A stretch of DNA of 64,000 nucleotides from Candidatus Sungiibacteriota bacterium (GCA_016180435.1 JACPBG010000004.1:59660-123659); one strand, 5' to 3'; counted from the first letter of the stretch, positions 43,366 to 54,660 are shown. Numbers and translations: made by a program. Notes: generated by a model not told the origin, from the sequence alone.

Positions 43366-43881
43366 CTATATCAACTGCCGCACCAATGCGGCGGTTTTTT
43401 TAAAAACAGCTCTTTGGCCTTTTGAAGTATTTATTACATAATGCGGTTCGCGGATTTTCTCAAAACTCTGCCGCATGGCAAGGTATTGCGAGAAACGCGC
43501 ATCGCTTATACTGCGGTGCGTTCTTTTGTTTAGGCGTAAATGCACCACAGCCACGGAACACATTGTTTCTATAATTACAAAGCGCCGTCCGAGGAGTTTG
43601 GCAATGCGAAGTGCGGTTTTGCGGTGTTTCTTTTTTGAAAATGTGGCATCAAGGATTATATTTCGTGTCTCCTCGGATTTTTGTGCTTGTAAAAAAAGTT
43701 CGCGATACACCCGATCCACATTTTTGGCGTCATAACGCGGCTGACGAAAGATCTCTTTTCGTATCACATCTGTGCGTAGAAGCTTGGCACCAAGGCGTTG
43801 GGCAAGTATTTTTGCCACCGTGCTTTTTCCGGTCCCGGGCAGTCCGCACACAATAATAAGAAGTTTTTGTCCACTTGTCAT
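43366..43881 (-). CDS. P-loop NTPase/kinase (AAA_33-like small kinase)
   Basis: LIIVCGLPGTGKSTVAKILAQRLGAKLLRTDVIRK. Confidence 0.55.
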   Translation of the reverse strand: MTSGQKLLIIVCGLPGTGKSTVAKILAQRLGAKLLRTDVIRKEIFRQPRYDAKNVDRVYRELFLQAQKSEETRNIILDATFSKKKHRKTALRIAKLLGRRFVIIETMCSVAVVHLRLNKRTHRSISDARFSQYLAMRQSFEKIREPHYVINTSKGQRAVFKKTAALVRQLI

Positions 43882-43947
43882 ATTATTATCATATATTATA
43901 CTTTTAACTGGGTTTTTGAAATAGCCAAATAAGAAAGGACGGCGCGG

Positions 43948-44658
43948 ATGATACGAGTTATTTTGGTTGACGGACTTTTTACGATTTTTGTTCCGAAAAA
44001 CGGCATGAGCAGATACGAAATGCTACAACTTTTAATCGTCAAATTTCTTGGCGTACGGATTGAGGTTGATGAAATTCAGCCGGTATACGATGCCATGCGT
44101 AAAAAATGGGAAGAGATCCTACCGCCAAATCACGGAGAAAAGTGGGCGATTATTGACCGCGAAATATTGCGGGCGCTTGTTCCCACAATTTCGTTGGCAA
44201 ATGCGGCTTTGGTCGGCAAGAAAATAAGCCATGCCACACTTTCGGACCCCGATCTTTATGAAATTTTGCCGGATACGCGCGGATTTTTGCGGCGCGCCAA
44301 ACACCGCGGAATACGTACGGTATTCGCCTCAAATCAGGATAAGGAAAAGTTACAAATTCTGATTGGGGCTTTCGGATTGGGACCGCTGGTTAACGCGGTG
44401 TATGTTTCTACGGAAATCGGCCATGAGAAACCAAGCCAGGATTTTTTTGAAGCAATACTTCGGCAGGAAAATATTCGGGCCGATGAATGCGTGATGGTTG
44501 GCAATAATCCGCATAATGACATTTACGGCGCGGCTTCAGTCGGAATTCGCGGGATTTTATATGACCGTGACAATGCCTATTCGGATTTTTCCGGACATCG
44601 CGTATCGCGTCTTAGCGAGGTTTTCGAGATTGATGCAATTTTTGGGGAAAGGAGATAG
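43948..44658 (+). CDS. HAD-superfamily hydrolase-like protein
   Basis: motif III-like VMVGNNPHNDIYGAASVGIRGILYD, motif II-like TVFASNQ; motif I region VILVDGLFT degenerate. Confidence 0.5.
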   Translation: MIRVILVDGLFTIFVPKNGMSRYEMLQLLIVKFLGVRIEVDEIQPVYDAMRKKWEEILPPNHGEKWAIIDREILRALVPTISLANAALVGKKISHATLSDPDLYEILPDTRGFLRRAKHRGIRTVFASNQDKEKLQILIGAFGLGPLVNAVYVSTEIGHEKPSQDFFEAILRQENIRADECVMVGNNPHNDIYGAASVGIRGILYDRDNAYSDFSGHRVSRLSEVFEIDAIFGERR

Positions 44659-44660
44659 CG

Positions 44661-45328
44661 ATGCGGATAATTTTGGAGCGGGTTGAGCCATTTGAAAAAG
44701 CGTTTGCGCGCTTGCGCGAGTCGCCGTTGGAACAAGCCGGAGACGAAAAAATCTTGATTTACCGCGATGCCAATATCCGGCTGGCAAAATTTTACGCCGC
44801 GGAATTAAACCCGACCGCGCTTTATGTGTTAGATCATAAGTTGGAGTTTCAGCGAGAAATGCGCCGCTATCTCCTGGATCGTTACCAGATTGATACGTTT
44901 AATCCGCCGGGCATTTTGCATCTGCGAAACGAGGAGGGAAAACTGGAGGCCATGTTTCCGCCGTTTGTGGAATTTTATCCCGAGCAATTGCGGATATTGC
45001 CCAAAAAAGGAGATAACACCCCCCCAAAGGGCAGAATCTGCTGATTCCTGTTATGAAAGACGGAATCCACCGCGCGTATGATGCGTATAGGAATAACGAA
45101 TCCATTCTTTGTATTGTCGTATCAAGAGCTCTGGCGGAGCCGCGGCCGTATGCGTATCCGAATGCGTGGGACGAAATAAAAGTTTGCGATAAAATTCCTT
45201 TGGTTAAAAAGTACTATCGCCGCAAAGATCCATACACTTTTATGCGCCCCTTGACCGCGCTTCGCCAGACCGGAGAAGCGCAAGTCCTTCCACAATGGGG
45301 AAGAACCGACGGCGGAATAGGAAAATAG
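44661..45328 (+). pseudogene. frameshifted paralog of 42698..43345; frame break at a C7 homopolymer near 45030-45037 (splits into 44661..45044 and 45053..45328)
   Basis: N-half MRIILERVEPFEKAFARL.. aligns with MKVVIERSEPIECALERL..; C-half LIPVMKDGIHRAYDAY.. aligns with LLEDGEHRAWCAMKL.. in the +1 frame. Confidence 0.6.
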
Positions 45329-45356
45329 GCATTGTAACAAGTGCCTTTTTTTTTGT

Positions 45357-45944
45357 TTGAAATTTTACGTCGCCCCGATTATGATTAACTATATGACCAA
45401 ACAAATAATCATTGCGGTGGTTGGCCTTATCGGATCCGGAAAGACTGAGGCCACCCAAAAATTTATAGAGGCCGGTTTTGAAAGAGTCGGATTTAATGAT
45501 CGCGTATATGAAGAGTTGGATCAAAGAGGTCTTGCGTGCATAGAAAAAAACGAACGTGCGGTTCGGGAGGAACTTCGCGCACAAGAGGGCATGGGCGTTA
45601 TGGCTAAGCGCTCGCTTTCTAAAGTAGAATCGGCCCTGCGGGATGGAAAAAATGTCGTGGTGGAAAGTTTATACAGCTGGGATGAGTATAAAATCATGAA
45701 AGAGCGGTTTGGCGAACAATTCCGAACTCTGGCAATTTATGCGCAGCCCGAAATTCGTTATCGGCGTTTGGCGGCCCGCCCGATCCGTCCGCTTTCGCTG
45801 GAAAATGCGATTTCCCGAGATTATGCCCAAATAGAAAATCTTGATCAGGCCGGGCCGATTGTAATGGCTGATTGGACCATAGAAAATATCGGGACCAGAG
45901 AAGAATTGCTGGCGGCATTGGATAAAATTATTAACGGACTATAG
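45357..45944 (+). CDS. P-loop nucleotide kinase, dephospho-CoA-kinase-like
   Basis: IIIAVVGLIGSGKTEATQKF (CoaE-like P-loop). Confidence 0.45.
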   Translation: MKFYVAPIMINYMTKQIIIAVVGLIGSGKTEATQKFIEAGFERVGFNDRVYEELDQRGLACIEKNERAVREELRAQEGMGVMAKRSLSKVESALRDGKNVVVESLYSWDEYKIMKERFGEQFRTLAIYAQPEIRYRRLAARPIRPLSLENAISRDYAQIENLDQAGPIVMADWTIENIGTREELLAALDKIINGL

Positions 45945-46024
45945 ATAAAAAAACGGCGCAGAAAAATGCGTCGTTTGGATTTTGGGGGCGGATTGATTTA
46001 AATCCGGGTGTATGGTCCGGCAGA

Positions 46025-46696
46025 TTATGATGCAAGAAGGTCGGGGTTATTGTTCAGGTATTTCATAATTTCCAGACTCCAATTATCAATGCCGAGAAGC
46101 CCGCGGGCTTTTTCTTTTTGGTCGCGTTCCGTGAGTTCCTCAAGCGACCACCATTTGGCCTCTTCCAGCTCCTCGCCGGCGTTTATACGAACCGAAAGTT
46201 CGTCACCCATAAGGAGAAATGCAAACCCCAGATGCGCCGCGCTGACTTGGCGCGACGGGTCGTAAATTACGCCGATGGGAAACGCAAAGGGCAGTCCTTC
46301 GTATCGAATTTCCTCGCACCATTCGCGCCGGAACCACCCTATCAAGCTTCCATAATCCGTGGTGTCGCGTTTTCGCAGGTGTCCGGCTATGCCTATCATT
46401 CGTTCGCCGTGAAGGCGCGTTTCACTTGAGCGGTTTGACTTAACATATGAGAAGATTTTTTCCTGCGCCGAAAGAACGCCGAAAGGAATAACCTGCAGCC
46501 ATTCGGTGGTGTAGGTTTCATCTACTCCATTTTTTCCGAAGCGCGGCAGAAATTTATGGCATTGGCGCACAACTTTAAGGAGGCGGCTGAATTCCGGATT
46601 GATGCCCATCCACGAGCCGTTGGCAAAAATGTCGTCTCGGTGCACGACCATTACTTCTTCGTTTTCACGATTTCGTCGCGCCATTGGACAGCTCAA
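46025..46696 (-). CDS. hypothetical protein
   Basis: ORF only. Confidence 0.35.
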   Translation of the reverse strand: MSCPMARRNRENEEVMVVHRDDIFANGSWMGINPEFSRLLKVVRQCHKFLPRFGKNGVDETYTTEWLQVIPFGVLSAQEKIFSYVKSNRSSETRLHGERMIGIAGHLRKRDTTDYGSLIGWFRREWCEEIRYEGLPFAFPIGVIYDPSRQVSAAHLGFAFLLMGDELSVRINAGEELEEAKWWSLEELTERDQKEKARGLLGIDNWSLEIMKYLNNNPDLLAS

Positions 46697-46837
46697 TCTG
46701 TAAAAAATCTATATCCAATTAAGCATATAAGATTAAAGACGGCAAGCCACTATCGACTAGTTCGGCCGGGTTTACAATCCGCACCGGATGTTATATGCTA
46801 TCCGTAGTTCATTTATACGTGAGTTAAGGAGAATTTT

Positions 46838-47182
46838 ATGTGCCAGGCATATGAAGCGGAGCGGAGTTTCATTGTTCATTCAGAGAACATTGCAACGGTT
46901 AAAGGATTTGTTGCGGCTCGAAGAGGTGAGCCGAAAAAGTCCAATCCTTATCATGAATTTGAAAAATACAGCAGAGAGGCGTGGGATCATGGATGGAGAT
47001 GCTGGAATTCAAACCCCCCGGTTTTACCCTGGGCCCTGGAGCAGCAGCTACCTTCTGGCGAGAGGACCAAGGCGCGGCTGTGTTTTGAGAAAACTCGTGA
47101 ACTTCCGGAAGTTCTTTTGCAAGAAGTCGAATCTTGGGACCAGGTGGCAGTGGCCGATGCGTTTTTGGAGAAAAGACAATGA
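46838..47182 (+). CDS. hypothetical small protein
   Basis: ORF only. Confidence 0.25.
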   Translation: MCQAYEAERSFIVHSENIATVKGFVAARRGEPKKSNPYHEFEKYSREAWDHGWRCWNSNPPVLPWALEQQLPSGERTKARLCFEKTRELPEVLLQEVESWDQVAVADAFLEKRQ

Positions 47183-47418
47183 AGAAAAAAGAATTTCTTG
47201 TTCCTGTCGACAAGTTAGAATTGGGTGCAGGAATTCCTTGCGAGATTATAGAGACATGTGATGCCGTGCCCCGCGGCGATGGTGTTGTTGAACCATGTTT
47301 TCATATCCGGATAACCGTTGGCGTAGAATGGTTTATTCCTGTCAATCCGGAAACTGCCTACATTTTGCTTTCCGAAGATGATGTGGCGGCCGGTAAAATC
47401 CCTGAGGTATTTGATTAA
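47180..47418 (+). CDS. hypothetical small protein (start at MKKKEFLVPVDK)
   Basis: ORF only. Confidence 0.25.
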
Positions 47419-47466
47419 CCACCCGATTTGATATAAAAATAGCGTTTCGATTTAGGCGAAGCGCTT

Positions 47467-48060
47467 TTATATTTGCCAGCCGGTGTTGGCAAGGATTAGT
47501 TTTATTTGGCTGCCGAGTTCCTTTATGGTTCCGTTATTATCAAGGACCCGTACGGCCGAAAGATTTTTGATCGTGGCGACAAATTTTGCGGTCTCGTGCT
47601 CGTGCATTTTTTTAAATTCTTCCAGCGTGATCTTGGCCTCATCCGGTTTAGCGTCAGCTTCTTGGCAAAGTGCGGCCAGCCGCGCGCGTTTATATCTGGT
47701 TTCTATTTTGCAGTCAACGAAAAAAAGAATATTTTGCGGAAAACTTCGGATGAATTCCACGTCCCAAGGCATAAGCACGCCGTCAAATATCCAGATTCTT
47801 TTTTTGCTCTCTTCCCATCGTTCACGGATGCCGGAGTGCAGACACCTCCTGCCAAGCGCCTTTTGGGCCCGGGAAAAGCAGTCCTGCAAAGTTTTCCGGT
47901 TGGTCGGATCCGGCCGCTCAAAAGCCATGGCAAGATCGGTTAAGATCATGCCGCTGGAAATTACCGAGGTATCGCCGTGAAATATGGTTTCAAGAATTTT
48001 AACACAGGTTCCCTTCCCACCGCGAAGTTCCGCTGATATTCCGATTACGGTATCGGGCAT
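47467..48060 (-). CDS. P-loop NTPase-like hypothetical protein
   Basis: GISAELRGGKGT P-loop-like. Confidence 0.4.
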   Translation of the reverse strand: MPDTVIGISAELRGGKGTCVKILETIFHGDTSVISSGMILTDLAMAFERPDPTNRKTLQDCFSRAQKALGRRCLHSGIRERWEESKKRIWIFDGVLMPWDVEFIRSFPQNILFFVDCKIETRYKRARLAALCQEADAKPDEAKITLEEFKKMHEHETAKFVATIKNLSAVRVLDNNGTIKELGSQIKLILANTGWQI

Positions 48061-48134
48061 AATTACTCTCCAATATAAAGAACTATTTAGAGCATATTAT
48101 GCAAAAACAAAAATGTCGAGGCGGTGTGGCCGAT

Positions 48135-48190
48135 TCAGTCGATCTTTTGATTGTTAACATCATACTACGATCGTATATAGTTGTTAACAA
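48135..48190. repeat. ~45-bp palindromic site GTTAACA-n3-TACTACGATCGTATATA-n2-TGTTAACA, copy 1
   Basis: near-identical direct copy at 48820-48868; each copy internally palindromic. Confidence 0.75.
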
Positions 48191-48222
48191 TTAACTTGGT
48201 TTGATCAATATATTCCTAAAAA

Positions 48223-48804
48223 TCAGTTTTTGAGTAAATTCTCTATTGTTCCACTTTTTTGTATGCTCAAAATATGAACTTTATTTTTGAGACGCAATTC
48301 ATCCAGCCGTTCAATAAATTGCTGGGGAAGCGGATTAAAGCCGAGCCACACGCTTTTTTGCAGGTGCCGAAATCCGCAGGCGGTCAATTCCATGCGCACT
48401 ATATCACGCTTTCGTCTTTCTCGTTCCGGAATGTCGAAAATAACCAGACGCGGGATACCATCTTTTTCCGGTATTTCCAGGACAATTTCCTGTCGCTTAT
48501 GCAATCGCAGTTTACCTTTTGTGGTAATATGCCACCGGGAATTTCGTGAGGATCCATTGCGTCCAACCAGTCCATGTCGCTTTAGACGGGAAAGAATGGC
48601 GGAGAGCGTGCGGGGAGAAACCTCGGGACTGGAATCTAATCCGAAAAGGCGGCGGCCAGATGATGTGAAGGAATATTGAGGAGGGAAGAAGGCGTCAAGA
48701 AATACTTTTCCTCCCTCTGCGAGTTTCTCCAATACAAGCCGCGTGATTGAGCGATTTTTTACATATACGCGGGAAGAGGGTTTTTGCATGTAGATTTTTA
48801 CCAT
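48223..48804 (-). CDS. winged-HTH protein with C-terminal Cas2-like/PaaX-C-like domain
   Basis: N-term wHTH-like LVLEKLAEGGKVFLDAFF; C-term LVIFDIPERERRKRDIVRMELTACGFRHLQKSVWLG resembles Cas2 core (vYDi...RR...k.L...G.r.Q.SVf). Confidence 0.4.
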   Translation of the reverse strand: MVKIYMQKPSSRVYVKNRSITRLVLEKLAEGGKVFLDAFFPPQYSFTSSGRRLFGLDSSPEVSPRTLSAILSRLKRHGLVGRNGSSRNSRWHITTKGKLRLHKRQEIVLEIPEKDGIPRLVIFDIPERERRKRDIVRMELTACGFRHLQKSVWLGFNPLPQQFIERLDELRLKNKVHILSIQKSGTIENLLKN

Positions 48805-48819
48805 AAAAATAGATATTAT

Positions 48820-48868
48820 GGACTGTTAACAATGTACTACGATCGTATATAACTGTTAACATTTGATG
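48820..48868. repeat. ~45-bp palindromic site copy 2
   Basis: direct repeat of 48135-48190. Confidence 0.75.
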
Positions 48869-48942
48869 AAACTTAATTTTTTGCTTTAGTAACACCTTAT
48901 TTTATCCACGTACCAGAAGACCACGGGCTTGCCCGTGGAGCT

Positions 48943-49368
48943 TCATTTCAGTATGTCAATTCCCATTGAGCGGGCCGTACCCTCGATTATTTTTTCTGCG
49001 GCCTCGGGGTTCTCGGCGTTTAAATCCTCCATTTTGCGCTCGGCGATCTTTCGGATGTCTTCGCGGGTAACACGCCCCACCTTCTTTTTATTCGGCTCTC
49101 CGGACCCCTTTTCCACGGATGCGGCTTTGCGCAGCATGTCGGATGCCGGCGGAGTTCGTAATTTAAACTCAAAACTACGGTCTTCAAAGATCGTAATTTC
49201 CACGGGCACAATTTCTCCCTCCATTTTTCCGGATGCCTCGTTATATTTTTTTACAAAGTCCCCGATATTGATGCCGTGCGGCCCGAGAGCCGTGCCTACC
49301 GGCGGCGCCGGAGTGGCTTTGCCGGCCGGAAGCTGGAGTTTAAGTTTTACTTTAATTGGTTTGGCCAT
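48943..49368 (-). CDS. rplK: 50S ribosomal protein L11 (start at [12 protein letters not shown])
   Basis: [45 protein letters not shown]. Confidence 0.9.
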   Translation of the reverse strand: MAKPIKVKLKLQLPAGKATPAPPVGTALGPHGINIGDFVKKYNEASGKMEGEIVPVEITIFEDRSFEFKLRTPPASDMLRKAASVEKGSGEPNKKKVGRVTREDIRKIAERKMEDLNAENPEAAEKIIEGTARSMGIDILK

Positions 49369-49369
49369 G

Positions 49370-49420
49370 TTTTTACAGATTAACACAGATTTCTCACAGA
49401 TGTTCACAGATCACAGATAA
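49370..49420. repeat. array of CACAGAT heptamers (x5, irregular spacing)
   Basis: inverted counterpart ATCTGTG array at 49803-49845. Confidence 0.7.
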
Positions 49421-49847
49421 ATTGTTTTCTATCGTTTGTATGGATATATCTGCAGGGCTTTAACGTTTTTTCTGCGAAATTTACCGCATACCCAAGTTCA
49501 TATTTGCTTATTTTTAGATACTCTAAGAGTTGTCGTCCGGCTTCAATCATTTTATGCGGCGGGAGCGCCTTTAGTTCTACCAGCACTTTATCATTTATAA
49601 GATAGTCGGGCACAAAGAAACCAATTCTTTTTCCATTAGTCACAGAATGCAGTGTTATTTTGGGCTTCGCGATAAACGAAATTTTAGCTTGTTCGAGTTC
49701 CTCTTGAAAGGCGCGGTCATATATAATTTCTCTATGCCCAGATCCGTATTTATTATGCGCCGCAAACAGGCAACCGATTATTTTATGACATAATTCTTTT
49801 TCAGGAAATCTGTGATCTGTGTTGATCTGTGTAGAATCTGTGGGCAT
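49404..49847 (-). CDS. GxxExxY-family protein (PD-(D/E)xK-like), inserted between nusG and rplK
   Basis: N-term [30 protein letters not shown] and C-term [10 protein letters not shown] are the family hallmarks. Confidence 0.7.
   Translation of the reverse strand: MPTDSTQINTDHRFPEKELCHKIIGCLFAAHNKYGSGHREIIYDRAFQEELEQAKISFIAKPKITLHSVTNGKRIGFFVPDYLINDKVLVELKALPPHKMIEAGRQLLEYLKISKYELGYAVNFAEKTLKPCRYIHTNDRKQFICDL
49803..49845. repeat. array of ATCTGTG heptamers (x4-5)
   Basis: inverse of 49370-49420 array. Confidence 0.7.
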
Positions 49848-49853
49848 CGGTGT

Positions 49854-50399
49854 TTATAGTTTTTTTATTTGTAATGAATCCAGTTCTACGGGCGTGTCGC
49901 GGCCGAATACGTTAACAAGCACCTTGATCTTGCCGCGGTCCTGGTCCACTTCCGATACTTTGCCGTCAAAGTCCTTAAAGGGGCCGTCGGTAATTTTTAT
50001 CGGATCCCCGATCAATACATCAATTTTGAATTTGGGTTCCTCCTCTCCGACGCGATTCAGTAAAACCTCCATTTCTTCGGGTGAAAGCGGAGTGGGCGTG
50101 GTGCCGGCGCCGATAAATCCGGTAACGCGGGGAGTATTTCGCACTACGTACCAAGAGTCGTCGGTCACGACCATCTCCACCAAAACATACCCGGGATAAA
50201 TTTTTTCTTCAACTACGCGCCGTTTCCCGCTTTTAATTTTTATTTTTTTCTCCACCGGCACGAGCACGTTGAAAATTTTATCCTCCATACCCATGGATTC
50301 GATGCGTTGTTTTAAGTTTCGCGCAACCGCATCCTCATACCCGGAATAGGTATGGACCGCGTACCAATTGCGCCCGAATTCCGATGTTTGTTTAGGCAT
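49854..50399 (-). CDS. nusG: transcription termination/antitermination factor NusG
   Basis: NGN domain WYAVHTYSGYEDAV..., KOW GDPIKITDGPFKDFDGKVSEVD. Confidence 0.9.
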   Translation of the reverse strand: MPKQTSEFGRNWYAVHTYSGYEDAVARNLKQRIESMGMEDKIFNVLVPVEKKIKIKSGKRRVVEEKIYPGYVLVEMVVTDDSWYVVRNTPRVTGFIGAGTTPTPLSPEEMEVLLNRVGEEEPKFKIDVLIGDPIKITDGPFKDFDGKVSEVDQDRGKIKVLVNVFGRDTPVELDSLQIKKL

Positions 50400-50412
50400 A
50401 TCGTGCTTTGCA

Positions 50413-50529
50413 CCGCAATGATGCCAATCTACAAATGAAATGCTAATCTACAAATTGCGAATAAATTCTTTTTACAGTATTCGCGATTCGCTAGATTGGC
50501 ATTAAATTCGCATCGGATTGGCATCACTG
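50413..50529 (-). ncRNA. ~117-nt structured repeat element occupying the whole nusG 5' region (between secE stop and nusG start); copy A
   Basis: outer stem TGATGCCAATC/GATTGGCATCA, inner GCGAAT/ATTCGC hairpins; paralog at 50729-50859. Confidence 0.45.
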
Positions 50530-50715
50530 CTAAAGAATGAATGTATTCAAAATAAACTGGAATAAATAATCCAGCCCTCCCAAAAATACGGCAATGACCA
50601 GGCTTACGGCAACCACGGTTACTGTATAGCGAATCGTGTCTTCGCGATTCGGCCAAGTTACTTTTTTGAGTTCAAGCCTGGTTTCTTTAAGAAAAGTAGT
50701 AAGACGTTCCAACAT
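50530..50715 (-). CDS. secE: preprotein translocase subunit SecE (start at MLERLTTF)
   Basis: 61 aa, single C-terminal TM, KKVTWP motif. Confidence 0.8.
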   Translation of the reverse strand: MLERLTTFLKETRLELKKVTWPNREDTIRYTVTVVAVSLVIAVFLGGLDYLFQFILNTFIL

Positions 50716-50728
50716 ACCGCGCTTCGCG

Positions 50729-50859
50729 CCGCAATGATGCCAATCTATAAATCTTATGCTAATCCACAAATTGCAAATGAATATTCTCGATAGACTCGAA
50801 TAATAATTATTCGCAATTCGCTAAATTGGCATTAAATTCGCATCGGATTGGCATCACTG
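50729..50859 (-). ncRNA. ~131-nt structured repeat element copy B, 14 nt upstream of secE start
   Basis: direct repeat of 50413-50529. Confidence 0.45.
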
Positions 50860-51109
50860 TGGCCTTTTTTAAAAGGCCCGCAGGCCCTTAGTATTTCAAG
50901 CATACTGCAATATGGCGCAAGATGTCAATAGTCCCTAAATATCAAGATTTTTCACTGCTTTTGCGTGTGTCTGAACCCCGCACTAAAATTTCGACCGCCG
51001 CAATCTTGTTCTTTGGTTTGAGAAGGAATCTTTATTCACGAGAATTTCGCTCCGGCTTAGTCGGGGCGGCAACGAAAAGTCGAAATTTAGTTACGGGGCA
51101 AGTAAATTT

Positions 51110-53218
<2,109 letters not shown>

Positions 53219-53349
53219 TTAGCATTTTTGTGCCGTCTTTACAAGTAATTTCGTCCCGTATGTGCGGGACGAAATATGCCTTATATATGATACTTTTAGC
53301 TTACATGCATAATCGGATTTTACTTTCCATTGTTTGATGTTTCGAAGTC

Positions 53350-53393
53350 GGACTTCAGTAGCACACTATTGAAGTCCGACTTCAATAGACTAC
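53350..53393. other. 14-bp perfect inverted repeat hairpin GAAGTCGGACTTCA-n12-TGAAGTCCGACTTC between pheS end and gyrB start
   Basis: seen directly; no T-run so not a classic intrinsic terminator. Confidence 0.5.
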
Positions 53394-54547
53394 CGCAATA
53401 AAGCATGAAATATTTTCTCGGTTTGTTGATAAATTTTGGCTTGAATCGGGTCTATTTCTTCGGTTAAAAGCGTTCGTTCATTACTGCGGTATGTGATCCG
53501 ATAAGTGTAACTTATTTTTCCCGGGCCGAATTTTTCCTTATTTTCGTAGCGATCCAAAAGTTTCACTTCTTCCACCATATCTCCTCCCAAATCGCGGATA
53601 AGGTCAAAATAATTGTTGGGCACGAAATCATTTTTTACGATAAAGGAGATATCGCGGGTGATCTGCGGGAATTTTGAGACCTCTTTAAACTTATTACCCA
53701 ATTTTAACTGGTTTTTTACCCTTGGGTTTTCCGACCAGAGCAGTCGGATATCCGGTAGCGACATGGAAACAATTGCCAAGCGCTCGAGTCCGAAGCCAAA
53801 CGCCCAACCGTGGTAGCCCGTTAAACCAAAATTGGCAAGCACGCTTTTTCTTGCCATGCCGGAACCCAGCATTTCGATCCATTGGCTGTTTATTTCAGCT
53901 TCCATTTCAAAACTTGGGTCGGTATACGGAAATTGGTGCTCATAAAAGCGGAAATTTACGTCGCCAAAAATACTGCGGGCTATTTCAGACAGCGCGTTTT
54001 TTAGATCCACCGGGGTTATGGTGTGTTTATCATCCGGCGTTATATAAAGGCCGCCGAATTGATGGAAAACATTCATGTGCTTGCCGTCTATTTCATCTTT
54101 GCGATAGACCTTGCCGTAGCAAATAGCTCCCAAAGTTTCCTGGTTTTCAATTCTTTTTTTGATTTCGGGGTGGTTTAAATAATAATACCAAAAAACCGTA
54201 TCATGGGTCCTCAAAACATGATTATCGTCCACATAATATGTGTCAGATTTGCTGCGGGCAGGATGACCCGGGGGCATATTGAAAAGATCAAATAAAATAT
54301 AAGTGGAAACTATTTCCGGTATGTCTATTACATCAAATCCCACAAGACTTTTGACCCCGCAAGCCCTGTCAATAATTTCTTTTAAGGGACCCCCTTTTGT
54401 CCGTGAAAGATCGGGCATAGCCAAGAAGCGCAGGATGCGTTTGGCTTCCGGATCGGCGCGTTTTTTCAATTCCTGAAGGATTTTTTGTTCCTCATCGCGC
54501 GGGATATGGATTTCTTCTCCGGTTGTTTTGGTGAGTAGTGATGACAT
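53390..54547 (-). CDS. pheS: phenylalanyl-tRNA synthetase alpha-like single-chain enzyme with C-terminal FDX-ACB-like anticodon-binding domain (mitochondrial-type architecture)
   Basis: class II motifs PPGHPARSKSDTYYV, FRxE region, GWAFGFGLERLAIV (motif 3); ~100-aa C-terminal extension FPQITRDISFIV... Confidence 0.75.
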   Translation of the reverse strand: MSSLLTKTTGEEIHIPRDEEQKILQELKKRADPEAKRILRFLAMPDLSRTKGGPLKEIIDRACGVKSLVGFDVIDIPEIVSTYILFDLFNMPPGHPARSKSDTYYVDDNHVLRTHDTVFWYYYLNHPEIKKRIENQETLGAICYGKVYRKDEIDGKHMNVFHQFGGLYITPDDKHTITPVDLKNALSEIARSIFGDVNFRFYEHQFPYTDPSFEMEAEINSQWIEMLGSGMARKSVLANFGLTGYHGWAFGFGLERLAIVSMSLPDIRLLWSENPRVKNQLKLGNKFKEVSKFPQITRDISFIVKNDFVPNNYFDLIRDLGGDMVEEVKLLDRYENKEKFGPGKISYTYRITYRSNERTLLTEEIDPIQAKIYQQTEKIFHALLR

Positions 54548-54660
54548 GATTTTTGTATCATATCACTTTTGGGTAAAAAATAAAGTATGCCCACTTTTTC
54601 CGTTTGAGCGGGAAAAGTGGGCATACTTTGAAGTAAAAATTTCTACCGGGATTCAATTTT

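Noticed and set aside
49370-49845. Possible CRISPR array (short repeated units near a Cas2-like ORF)
   Set aside because: Units are 7 bp with irregular 0-6 bp gaps, not 25-40 bp repeats with unique spacers; no cas1/cas genes; arrays are in inverted orientation around a GxxExxY gene
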